From the NCBI RefSeq assembly GCF_004365815.1, contig NZ_SODD01000069.1, positions 1 through 6,879 on the forward strand: a stretch of DNA of 6,879 nt. Reading direction: 5' to 3'. How positions within the stretch are numbered: position 1 is the first letter of the stretch; each line of letters begins with the position of its first letter. Below are positions 1 through 6,773 of the stretch, piece after piece. This DNA is from Breznakia blatticola (GTDB lineage: Bacteria > Bacillota_I > Bacilli_A > Erysipelotrichales > Erysipelotrichaceae). The translations under genes and the position numbers were made by a program. The notes below the pieces were generated by a model, which was not told the DNA's origin, did no database searches, and saw only the letters and a program-made list of their open reading frames with translations.

Positions 1-9
1 TACACTTCA

Positions 10-17
10 CTCCCTCC
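10..17 (-). promoter_or_regulatory. Strong Shine-Dalgarno (GGAGGGAG) for a possible downstream minus-strand gene that begins at the window edge
   Basis: The minus strand reads ATCGGAGGGAGTGAAGTGTA. The GGAGG core (17..13) is followed by a 7-nt spacer and then GTG (5..3), where the window ends. Only the SD and a candidate start codon are visible, so no product can be inferred. Confidence 0.3.
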
Positions 18-36
18 GATGTTGACTTACTTACAT

Positions 37-65
37 AGTATAAAAACAATTGTTATTAATATTAA
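37..65 (-). promoter_or_regulatory. Weak candidate sigma-A promoter (TTAATA-N17-TATACT) for the downstream edge gene
   Basis: The minus strand has TTAATA (65..60), a 17-nt spacer and TATACT (42..37). It lies between the esxA terminator and the GGAGGGAG SD. The -35 matches the consensus at only 4/6 positions, and such matches are common in AT-rich DNA. Confidence 0.2.
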
Positions 66-85
66 AAAAGAGGCGACTGCCTCTT
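64..85 (-). terminator. Rho-independent terminator of esxA
   Basis: The minus strand, starting 8 nt after the esxA TAA, reads AAGAGGC-AGTC-GCCTCTT followed by TTTT. This gives a 6-7 bp GC-containing stem (68..74 pairs with 79..85), a 4-nt loop (75..78) and a run of 6 T. Confidence 0.75.
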
Positions 86-93
86 TAGTTAAA

Positions 94-378
94 TTATCTT
101 AATTTTGAAGCAATATCTTCATCAAGTTCTTGTGAAGCACGGATTACATCATTAATTTGTTGACTAATGTCTGCAATCAATTCTCTAACTTTTTCAAAAC
201 TTGGTTTTAACTCAGCAAATTGACCTTGGTAAGCTTCTGCAGCTTGTCCTGCCCATGCATCTGGAATACGTCCAATTTGTGCTTCCATTTTCCCAATACA
301 GTCTTCGAAGTTTTGTCCTTCATTTTTTAAGTTTGTTGAAATCTCTTCCAGCATTTCTGGTTCAATTCTAATTTGCAT
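94..378 (-). CDS. esxA: WXG100-family type VII secretion substrate (EsxA/YukE-like), 94 aa
   Basis: The ORF has an ATG start and an AGGAGGG SD 7 nt upstream. At about 94 aa, its size is typical of WXG100 proteins. The central W-A-G (W42-G44, nt 247..255) sits between two predicted helices. The C-terminal half (QFAELKPSFEKV...ELDEDIASKLR) closely resembles my recollection of B. subtilis YukE (QYEQLKPSFIKM...STDQDIANQIRG). The gene lies next to essC and esaA. Confidence 0.92.
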   Translation of the reverse strand: MQIRIEPEMLEEISTNLKNEGQNFEDCIGKMEAQIGRIPDAWAGQAAEAYQGQFAELKPSFEKVRELIADISQQINDVIRASQELDEDIASKLR

Positions 379-385
379 TTCTATG

Positions 386-392
386 CCCTCCT
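386..392 (-). promoter_or_regulatory. Shine-Dalgarno of esxA (AGGAGGG)
   Basis: The plus strand reads ccctcct, which is AGGAGGG on the minus strand. A 7-nt spacer separates it from the ATG at 378..376. Confidence 0.85.
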
Positions 393-411
393 ATAATTAC
401 TAACTATTTTA

Positions 412-440
412 ATTCTATCATTCAAACAACCACAAAACAA
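412..440 (-). promoter_or_regulatory. Candidate sigma-A promoter for esxA (TTGTTT-N17-TGaTAGAAT)
   Basis: The minus strand has TTGTTT (440..435), an exactly 17-nt spacer and TAGAAT (417..412). A TG dinucleotide one base upstream of the -10 gives an extended -10 (TGnTAGAAT). The element lies in the 108-nt esaA-esxA intergenic gap, about 20 nt upstream of the SD. Confidence 0.45.
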
Positions 441-486
441 GTTATACTTTACTAATCAAAATACATATATCTTGTAATACAGTGTA

Positions 487-2700
487 TTAAACAACTTCTT
501 CTTTTGCGATTTTCTTTTTTCGTTTCATACTTAATAATGCGCAACCTACAATACCAACACCAGCTAGTCCTAATAATACCATTCCTGGTAATTGACTTTG
601 TTCCACTGTTTTTGTAGAAATTGTTCCATTTACAGATACTGGTCTAGCAATAAATGTTACTGCATCTTGGTTAAGAATCGATCCATTTCTTGTGTAACCT
701 AATGTATTTGTAAAGTCTGTAAGCGATGTTGTTGTCGTTGCGACACTAGCATGTTTTACTGCTTTCACATTTGCTAAACCTTGTTCTACTTGTTTATTTG
801 ATGTTTCATTTGCTTTTAATAGATCTTGGCGAAGTGTTTGTACATGTGTATTTGATGTTGTATATACATCTTTTACATATGAATCTTGCTCACGCTCATG
901 TGATTGTACTTTGCTTTCAATTTTATCTTGCACATTCATATATTGTTTTACGAAATCCGTAATATCATTTTCATTAATGTATGCTATTGGATCGTATAAT
1001 TGAACATTTCCATGTAATAGTTGGAATGTTGTATTTGCTTGATTGAATGCATCTCTTACCAATGCTACACGACCATTTTGAGTTAATACTTCTTGAGATA
1101 ATGAGTTATATAATGCCTTTTTATTACTCATATCTTTTGTAACTTCATCTTTCAATTGATTTGTATCTACTTGCGGAGTCGTTTGGTTTCCTTGATCTAC
1201 TTTATCAATTGTTTTTAATTGATCATTGTATGTTTTCAATGCTTGCATATCAGATTCTACATCAGACAAATTTGTTTGATCTGCCGTCAGTTTAGTTAAT
1301 ACCTCATCTAGTGCAATTGCTTGTGTATCTAAAGCATTCAATATAGTTTCATTTTCTGTTAATAAAGTTGAAGTACTATTTCCATTTATATGTGTTTGAT
1401 AGAAATCCACGAATGTAGTTGTTGAGTTTTCTTGTTTCGTGTATGTATCAATTTGTGTTTTTAGATCTGTTACTTCTTGATCTACTGCTAATGAACCATC
1501 TAATTCACTTACAAAGTCTGCTAAATTTTGATTTGCAGAGTTTAATGACGGATTCATACTTAATTCCATTACACTCACATATAGTTGTAAAACTTGATTG
1601 TTTTCAGACAATGTTTGTTTTTGTACTAGGATGTTTTGATTATAACTATCTAGTATTTGAATAAAATCATTTATCTTTTGGATGTTATCCGTATTATTTG
1701 TTTTTAATGCTAATAGTTTTTGCTCAACATCTTGAATTTTAGTTTCTATACCGTAAGCGATTCCTGTATTCGAATTAACTACTTTGTCAATTCGATCGTT
1801 TGCTGTTTGTAACAAGGATTTTACACCATCACTTGAATTTGTAATAGAACTGTTCAACTGTTGAATATATGTATCCATGTTATCAAATGTATACTCGCCA
1901 AATTCATTAGGTGCAATATCTGATACATTTGCTACTTTCGCTTTTAAACTTTCAACTTCTGTATATAACTGACTTGATGTATCTTTAATCACATCTAATT
2001 GTGCCTTGCTCAATAGCATGAATTCTTTATATTTTGCATCGACAGCATTCATTGTTTCAACAGACTTCGTTTTTTCTTCATCAATGTTTAAATCAGCTAC
2101 TTGGTTTTCCACGACATTAATTTCTTTAACTTCAACCATGCTTGTTAGATCAGCTGAAGAAATTGAATTAATTAACTTTAGATCTTGTTCACTTGTCTCA
2201 ATTGCCACAAGTGCACCATCTTGTCCTTTATGATATGTATTCAAAATAGAAGCAATATACATATTTGAAAGATTTTGACTATAGTTGTTTCCAAATTCTA
2301 GTACATTGTAAACCGTTTGTTCTTTTGCTTCACGCGTCAATGTATCTGAAATAACATATTCAAACGTTGTTGGTGTTTGTACCGTATTTATACTCGCTAC
2401 ATTTTCTGAGAAATTTGAAGGAAGTACAATATATGCTGCATACTTTCCTTCTTTTACTCCACTTTCTGCGTCACTTAATCCAGTAACCGTAATACTTGCA
2501 TTCGACTTGTCAATTAGTTCCAATCCGAAGTTACGCTCTTCATTGTTATATGTTACACCTTCATCCATATTTACAACAGCTAGTTTTGTTTCACTTATTT
2601 CTTCACTTTTATTGTTTATATTCATTCCTGCATATACACCAAGTGAAAGACAAGTTATAGCAATACATACTAGTTGTAATACCTTTTTTACTTTACTCAT
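487..2700 (-). CDS. esaA: EsaA/YueB-family (YhgE/Pip N-terminal domain) T7SSb membrane component, short two-TM variant, 737 aa
   Basis: The ATG is preceded by AAGGGGGA 8 nt upstream, and the start overlaps the essC stop. Residues ~40-160 (nt 2221..2583) read LAVVNMDEGVTYNN...AESGVKEGKYAAYIVLPSNFSE...VYNVLEFGNN...YIASILNTYH. This aligns by eye with the EsaA N-terminal region as I recall it (IAIVNEDQPTTYNG...AESGLKNGGYQVMIVIPENFSK...VSNVLNDFNKN...YLTSIIDNLH). There is an N-terminal hydrophobic helix (res 7-26, nt 2623..2682). There is one C-terminal helix GMVLLGLAGVGIVGCALLSM (nt 526..585) followed by KRKKK. The ~680 residues between them are polar, Q/N/T/S/D-rich and look helical. Confidence 0.8.
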   Translation of the reverse strand: MSKVKKVLQLVCIAITCLSLGVYAGMNINNKSEEISETKLAVVNMDEGVTYNNEERNFGLELIDKSNASITVTGLSDAESGVKEGKYAAYIVLPSNFSENVASINTVQTPTTFEYVISDTLTREAKEQTVYNVLEFGNNYSQNLSNMYIASILNTYHKGQDGALVAIETSEQDLKLINSISSADLTSMVEVKEINVVENQVADLNIDEEKTKSVETMNAVDAKYKEFMLLSKAQLDVIKDTSSQLYTEVESLKAKVANVSDIAPNEFGEYTFDNMDTYIQQLNSSITNSSDGVKSLLQTANDRIDKVVNSNTGIAYGIETKIQDVEQKLLALKTNNTDNIQKINDFIQILDSYNQNILVQKQTLSENNQVLQLYVSVMELSMNPSLNSANQNLADFVSELDGSLAVDQEVTDLKTQIDTYTKQENSTTTFVDFYQTHINGNSTSTLLTENETILNALDTQAIALDEVLTKLTADQTNLSDVESDMQALKTYNDQLKTIDKVDQGNQTTPQVDTNQLKDEVTKDMSNKKALYNSLSQEVLTQNGRVALVRDAFNQANTTFQLLHGNVQLYDPIAYINENDITDFVKQYMNVQDKIESKVQSHEREQDSYVKDVYTTSNTHVQTLRQDLLKANETSNKQVEQGLANVKAVKHASVATTTTSLTDFTNTLGYTRNGSILNQDAVTFIARPVSVNGTISTKTVEQSQLPGMVLLGLAGVGIVGCALLSMKRKKKIAKEEVV

Positions 2701-5700
2701 TTATGTTGTCCCCCTTATTCACATATTTTGGTAATAGTGTGTTCCTGTAATCTCCATTGTTAAACAACAATGCTTGACCAAATGGTGGATAATCTCTTTG
2801 ACTTCTCACAGGGAATATTGAATGGTTTCCTTGATTTACCAATACAAGTCCATTTGTTGAACCCTTAAAGAATTTTGTGATGTCATCATATCCACGTAGT
2901 TTCGTTGCTTGTGCAGTTGCAATAAGCTTGATTCCAACATTTGTTGACTCACGAAGTGTATCTACAAATTTCGGATATTTCTTTTCAACTTTACTAACAA
3001 AATCATCTACATCTTCAATAAAAATCATATATTTTGGCAATGTTGAATAGAATTCATTTGGTCCAATTCCACTATTTTGATGTTCATCTGCAAATTCAAG
3101 TTTTCGATTCTCAACTTCAGAAATTAATTCTTCCACGAAGGTCTGAATTTGTTCATCACTTGTCGCATAGTGAACTCCATCCATTTTGGCATGTTGATAA
3201 AGCTCCATTCTTGACGAGTCAAGAATATACACTGTTTGACCATCTTTTACTTGTGTAATGAAATTACTCATTACATTTGTTTTTCCTGATGCCACTGGAC
3301 CAATAATTAAGTATGGTGATGCTTGAATACTTGCATCACAAACCGTTACATCATTCACGTCCAATCCAAGTTTTATATCAACTTCTGACTCATGTGGATA
3401 TTGTGCAAAGTCATTTGTTGTAAATACTTCTGGAAGAACTGGAATTCCCATAACTTGTTCACCGTGATATGCTTGATGAATTTCTTCAATTAATTGCTTA
3501 ATTTTTGTAGTAAATTCAATATTACTTTCAAATGCTACAGGACTATATACTTGCATTGTATTTACATTTGCCAGTTTTACCATTGCACGCCCTTTAATTT
3601 CTGGAAGACTGTACTTGCTTCTTCCAACGATGCTATTAATTTCCATTGCATCATACATATACTGTGCAATTTTAGTCTTAAAATTATTTAACGTTGCATA
3701 ACGTACTGCATTACTTCGAGTTGCACTAATTGTAATATAGATTCCTAGTCCAGGACCATCCCTAGATATACGTAATATAAAATCTTCTAAATCAACCGGT
3801 AATTCTTTTACGACATCATAATTGTCTAAGAAAATCATAATTGCTTTTAATGGACTTTGTGGGAACATCTCATTGTATGTTTCATAGTTTTGTACCATTT
3901 CTTTAGCAAATAACTTTTTACGTTCTGCAATAGTTGCATTGATCATCTTTGCAAACTTTGTTATTTTCTCAATTGAGTCAAATGTCATATAGTCTGCAGT
4001 ATGCGGTAGATTCACATATGGAATTAATGCTGAGTTTCCTAAATCAATAATGTAGAAATTCATTAATTGTGGATTGTTACATGCTGCAAGTGTCGTCATT
4101 ATCGTTCCTAATGTGAATGACTTACCAAAACCACTCGATGCAAACACTGCAACATTTCCATCTTTTAAATAGTTTAATTCAAACTCATTTTGTAGTTGCT
4201 CTTCAGGAATATCTACAATTCCCACTGGACAACACAATTGCAATGTTGCAAATTGTTCAAGTGCTTGTATTTCATGTAGATGAGGCGAAACAATTTGTGT
4301 TTCTAATGATGGTAACCAAGGTTTCATCACTTCTACTTCACCTCTTTGTTGATATATTTCATGAATATAATCCACAGTAACATCAAGCTGTGATTTACTT
4401 ACTGCATTGATATCATCATCCGTCGATAAATCTTTGTTGATTAATTGTGCTTGTCCAATATCATTTACTTGATATACTAAGTCATACACAATGTCTTCTT
4501 CATTTGCATCTTTGTATGTTGCTCCACTCCAAGCACTTTGGAATAATTCATAAATCTCATTATTTCCAACTTGTAAATAAGCACGTCCTGCTTGTGTAAT
4601 ATAAGCAGCATCAGATGTTTTAATTACTTCTTTACTATCATTTTCGTCTTGTACTTTTAAAGCTAACTTAAACTTTGAGTTTGACCAAATTTGATCATCA
4701 ACAACTCCACTAGGTTTTTGTGTAGCTAGAATTAGTTTTACACCTAAACTACGTCCAATACGAGCCGCAGATACTAATTCACTCATAAACTCAGGTTGCT
4801 CTTTTTTTAACTCGGCAAACTCATCTGAGATAATAAATAAACTTGGTAATGGTTCACTAGCTTTTCCTGATTTGAATAGCTTGTTGTATTGAATAATATT
4901 ATTTACATTGTGTTCATTAAAAATACGTTGTCGTCTTTGTAGTTCACTTTTTATTGATGCTAAGGCACGCATACTTTCACTACCATCTAAATTGGTAATA
5001 GTACCTAATAAGTGTGGTAAGTCTTTGAATAAACTTGCCATTCCTCCACCTTTGTAGTCAATCAATAAAAATCCGACTTCATGTGGGTGAAAGTTTACTG
5101 CTAAAGACAAAATATACGATTGTACAATCTCTGATTTCCCAGATCCTGTGGTTCCTGCAACTAAACCATGAGGTCCATGTGCCTTTTCATGTAAATTCAA
5201 TTCCACAATATCATCTTTTGCACGCACACCTAAAGGAACCGCTAATGATTTATGTGATTGGTTTTGCATCCATCTTTCTTCAATACCAAATTCACGTGGA
5301 TGATTTACGTGATACATATCAAAGAACGTAATACTTTCTGGTATTTGTGAGCGAATCCCTTTTTGGTGATTCAAAACAGATAAGTTTCTAGCCATTTTCT
5401 GTAAATCTACTTGCTCAAGTTCCACAGCTTTCATTCGCTTGTTCATCATCTCACCATGATTCATAAGCAATGTAGAAGTATGCATATCTTCTGCTAATAG
5501 AACTGTTTTAATATTCTCTGGTAAATCTGCTCTTTGTCTAGCTGAATAGATAAGTGTAAATCCTAAATCTGTTGTATCTTCTTGTAAGTATTCCATAATT
5601 GAGTGATTCATAATCAAGTGATTCTCATCAATGATAATAATATAGTGTGGTGAATATGAACTTTCTCGTTTCTTTTCCTCACGAATATCTCGTCTTTGCT

Positions 5701-6739
5701 TAAGAATCTGAGTTAGACTTCCTAATACTTGATCTCTAACTGTCTCATTATAAATATTACCAGTAACATTTACTGCACTAATTTTGAAATGTGGATACCA
5801 CTTCACATAATCAAATTCTTGTTTGTATGTTTCATTGTATAAAAAGATAAATTCTACATCATGATAACTATGGAAGAATGTCACTTGCGCCATAATTTGC
5901 TTTAATTGTTGATGTATTTCTTCATGATCTCCTACAATTCCTAAATGACTCTTTTTTAAATTAATATGAATTGGTTTTTGTTCATATTCTTTATATTCAG
6001 ATTCGATTTCTCTTGCTTCATCTAGTAGTTCATCTTTTTCAATGTCTAATTCATTTGCTGATACAGAAACACTAAAGGTGCGATGTTCATTTCTATGTCC
6101 AACACAAACTTCTAGAAAATCATCATGATCAACATCTTTCTCATAAATTCGACTTGAATACGCATTTACTAGGTTTTCGATTTCCGGGATTGAAGGATTG
6201 TGATAACGAAAGGATTCCTCTTCATCTATACGCAATCTTTCTAACGTATTTCTAGTACGCAATAAATACTTTTCATATACTTCTTGTCTTCTTTTATTAT
6301 TTTTCTTATGCTCTTTCTTTTCATTTATAAAACTTGAGATTGAAAAGACTAATGAGACAAATGTTGATGCCAATCCAATATAGATATATGGTCCTCTAGG
6401 CATCATAATTCCCATAGCAACCGTTCCAGCTCCAGTAACTAATGGTGGTATAATCACTTTCGCCAATCCACCCTTACTCATTTTCTCACTTGCTGGAGGT
6501 GCTGCTATTGAAATCTTTTCTTCTTTTGTTCGCTTTACGATACGTGGAGATCTTCTATACATTGGAAAATCTGACATTTGCACTTCTTCTTCGATAGGAA
6601 ATAAGTTTGTTGTGTATTCATCATGATTTCCTATTAGTGTTATTGATGTTTTGTGTACTTGGAACATTAAACATTCAATTAAAATAACATCACCCTCATT
6701 TACATTCAATAACTCATCGCAAACTTGGACACCATTCAC
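2693..6739 (-). CDS. essC: EssC/YukB-type FtsK/SpoIIIE-family T7SSb motor ATPase (1348 aa as called; the 5' end is probably incomplete)
   Basis: The juxtamembrane YRRSPRI motif (res 61-67) is followed by two TM helices (res ~91-138). Three P-loop modules follow. D1 has Walker A AGTTGSGKS (nt 5132..5158) and Walker B LFIISDE (4820..4840). D2 has Walker A ASSGFGKS (4118..4141) and Walker B-like IMIFLDN (3821..3841). D3 has Walker A GPVASGKT (3278..3301) and MIFIEDVDD (3002..3028). The D1 block (LNLHEKAHGPHGLVAGTTGSGKSE...LLIDYKGGGM...ILATQKPSGVVDDQIWSNSKFKLALKV...YLQVGNNEIYELFQSAWSG) is almost the same as the staphylococcal/Bacillus EssC sequence as I recall it. The annotated start is a GTG (6739..6737) with only a weak GAGAGA upstream, and FHA-like sequence continues upstream of it (see findings). 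Confidence 0.95.
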   Translation of the reverse strand: MNGVQVCDELLNVNEGDVILIECLMFQVHKTSITLIGNHDEYTTNLFPIEEEVQMSDFPMYRRSPRIVKRTKEEKISIAAPPASEKMSKGGLAKVIIPPLVTGAGTVAMGIMMPRGPYIYIGLASTFVSLVFSISSFINEKKEHKKNNKRRQEVYEKYLLRTRNTLERLRIDEEESFRYHNPSIPEIENLVNAYSSRIYEKDVDHDDFLEVCVGHRNEHRTFSVSVSANELDIEKDELLDEAREIESEYKEYEQKPIHINLKKSHLGIVGDHEEIHQQLKQIMAQVTFFHSYHDVEFIFLYNETYKQEFDYVKWYPHFKISAVNVTGNIYNETVRDQVLGSLTQILKQRRDIREEKKRESSYSPHYIIIIDENHLIMNHSIMEYLQEDTTDLGFTLIYSARQRADLPENIKTVLLAEDMHTSTLLMNHGEMMNKRMKAVELEQVDLQKMARNLSVLNHQKGIRSQIPESITFFDMYHVNHPREFGIEERWMQNQSHKSLAVPLGVRAKDDIVELNLHEKAHGPHGLVAGTTGSGKSEIVQSYILSLAVNFHPHEVGFLLIDYKGGGMASLFKDLPHLLGTITNLDGSESMRALASIKSELQRRQRIFNEHNVNNIIQYNKLFKSGKASEPLPSLFIISDEFAELKKEQPEFMSELVSAARIGRSLGVKLILATQKPSGVVDDQIWSNSKFKLALKVQDENDSKEVIKTSDAAYITQAGRAYLQVGNNEIYELFQSAWSGATYKDANEEDIVYDLVYQVNDIGQAQLINKDLSTDDDINAVSKSQLDVTVDYIHEIYQQRGEVEVMKPWLPSLETQIVSPHLHEIQALEQFATLQLCCPVGIVDIPEEQLQNEFELNYLKDGNVAVFASSGFGKSFTLGTIMTTLAACNNPQLMNFYIIDLGNSALIPYVNLPHTADYMTFDSIEKITKFAKMINATIAERKKLFAKEMVQNYETYNEMFPQSPLKAIMIFLDNYDVVKELPVDLEDFILRISRDGPGLGIYITISATRSNAVRYATLNNFKTKIAQYMYDAMEINSIVGRSKYSLPEIKGRAMVKLANVNTMQVYSPVAFESNIEFTTKIKQLIEEIHQAYHGEQVMGIPVLPEVFTTNDFAQYPHESEVDIKLGLDVNDVTVCDASIQASPYLIIGPVASGKTNVMSNFITQVKDGQTVYILDSSRMELYQHAKMDGVHYATSDEQIQTFVEELISEVENRKLEFADEHQNSGIGPNEFYSTLPKYMIFIEDVDDFVSKVEKKYPKFVDTLRESTNVGIKLIATAQATKLRGYDDITKFFKGSTNGLVLVNQGNHSIFPVRSQRDYPPFGQALLFNNGDYRNTLLPKYVNKGDNINE
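2709..2716 (-). promoter_or_regulatory. Shine-Dalgarno of esaA-like gene, embedded in the essC 3' end
   Basis: The minus strand reads AAGGGGGA, with an 8-nt spacer to the ATG at 2700..2698. It lies inside the last essC codons (..KGDNINE*). Confidence 0.7.
6326..6469 (-). other. EssC transmembrane hairpin (two TM helices)
   Basis: Residues ~91-113 (GLAKVIIPPLVTGAGTVAMGIMM) and ~117-138 (PYIYIGLASTFVSLVFSISSFI) are hydrophobic. They are followed by the basic stretch EKKEHKKNNKRRQ. The position just after YRRSPRI matches EssC topology. Confidence 0.8.
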
Positions 6740-6773
6740 ATAAAATGTCTCTCGATTTGGATTTGTGATTTCA

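Noticed and set aside
22-44. A plus-strand TTGACT (22..27) followed by TATAAA (39..44) as a promoter
   Set aside because: The spacer is only 11 nt. Transcription would run straight into the esxA terminator hairpin and antisense to esxA, and no plus-strand ORF follows.
94-180. The C-terminal HxxxD/ExxhxxxH export motif reported for WXG100 proteins
   Set aside because: I tried every register across ...INDVIRASQELDEDIASKLR and could not place the hydrophobic and acidic positions consistently. I therefore do not claim the motif. The tail is acidic and amphipathic, like that of YukE.
477-487. The palindrome ATACA-G-TGTAT at the esaA stop codon as a possible terminator or operator
   Set aside because: The arms are 5 bp with a 1-nt centre, so they cannot form a stable hairpin loop. 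There is no T-tract, and short AT-rich palindromes are expected by chance at this base composition.
526-594. The C-terminus of the EsaA-like protein (QLPGM + 20 hydrophobic residues + KRKKK) resembles a sortase cell-wall sorting signal
   Set aside because: The motif is LPGMV, not LPXTG or a known variant, because it lacks the Thr-Gly. The charged tail is longer (12 aa, ending in acidic residues) than in typical sorting signals. A plain C-terminal TM anchor explains it more simply.
2623-2682. Possible lipoprotein signal peptide at the EsaA-like N-terminus (two Cys residues in VLQLVCIAITCLSLGVYAGM)
   Set aside because: Neither Cys is preceded by a lipobox-like L-[AS]-[GA] context; the sequences are LV-C and AIT-C. 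The EsaA family uses this segment as an uncleaved N-terminal TM helix. Signal peptidase I cleavage after VYA cannot be excluded but is not supported.
771-5331. Eight plus-strand ORFs of 63-98 aa (771..962, 1419..1664, 2006..2233, 2507..2734, 3034..3258, 3494..3691, 4117..4380, 5035..5331)
   Set aside because: All lie entirely antisense to the long esaA and essC reading frames, whose homology is strong. Their translations are L/F/H/V/I-rich low-complexity strings typical of the shadow frame of AT-rich genes. I found no convincing SD upstream of any of them.
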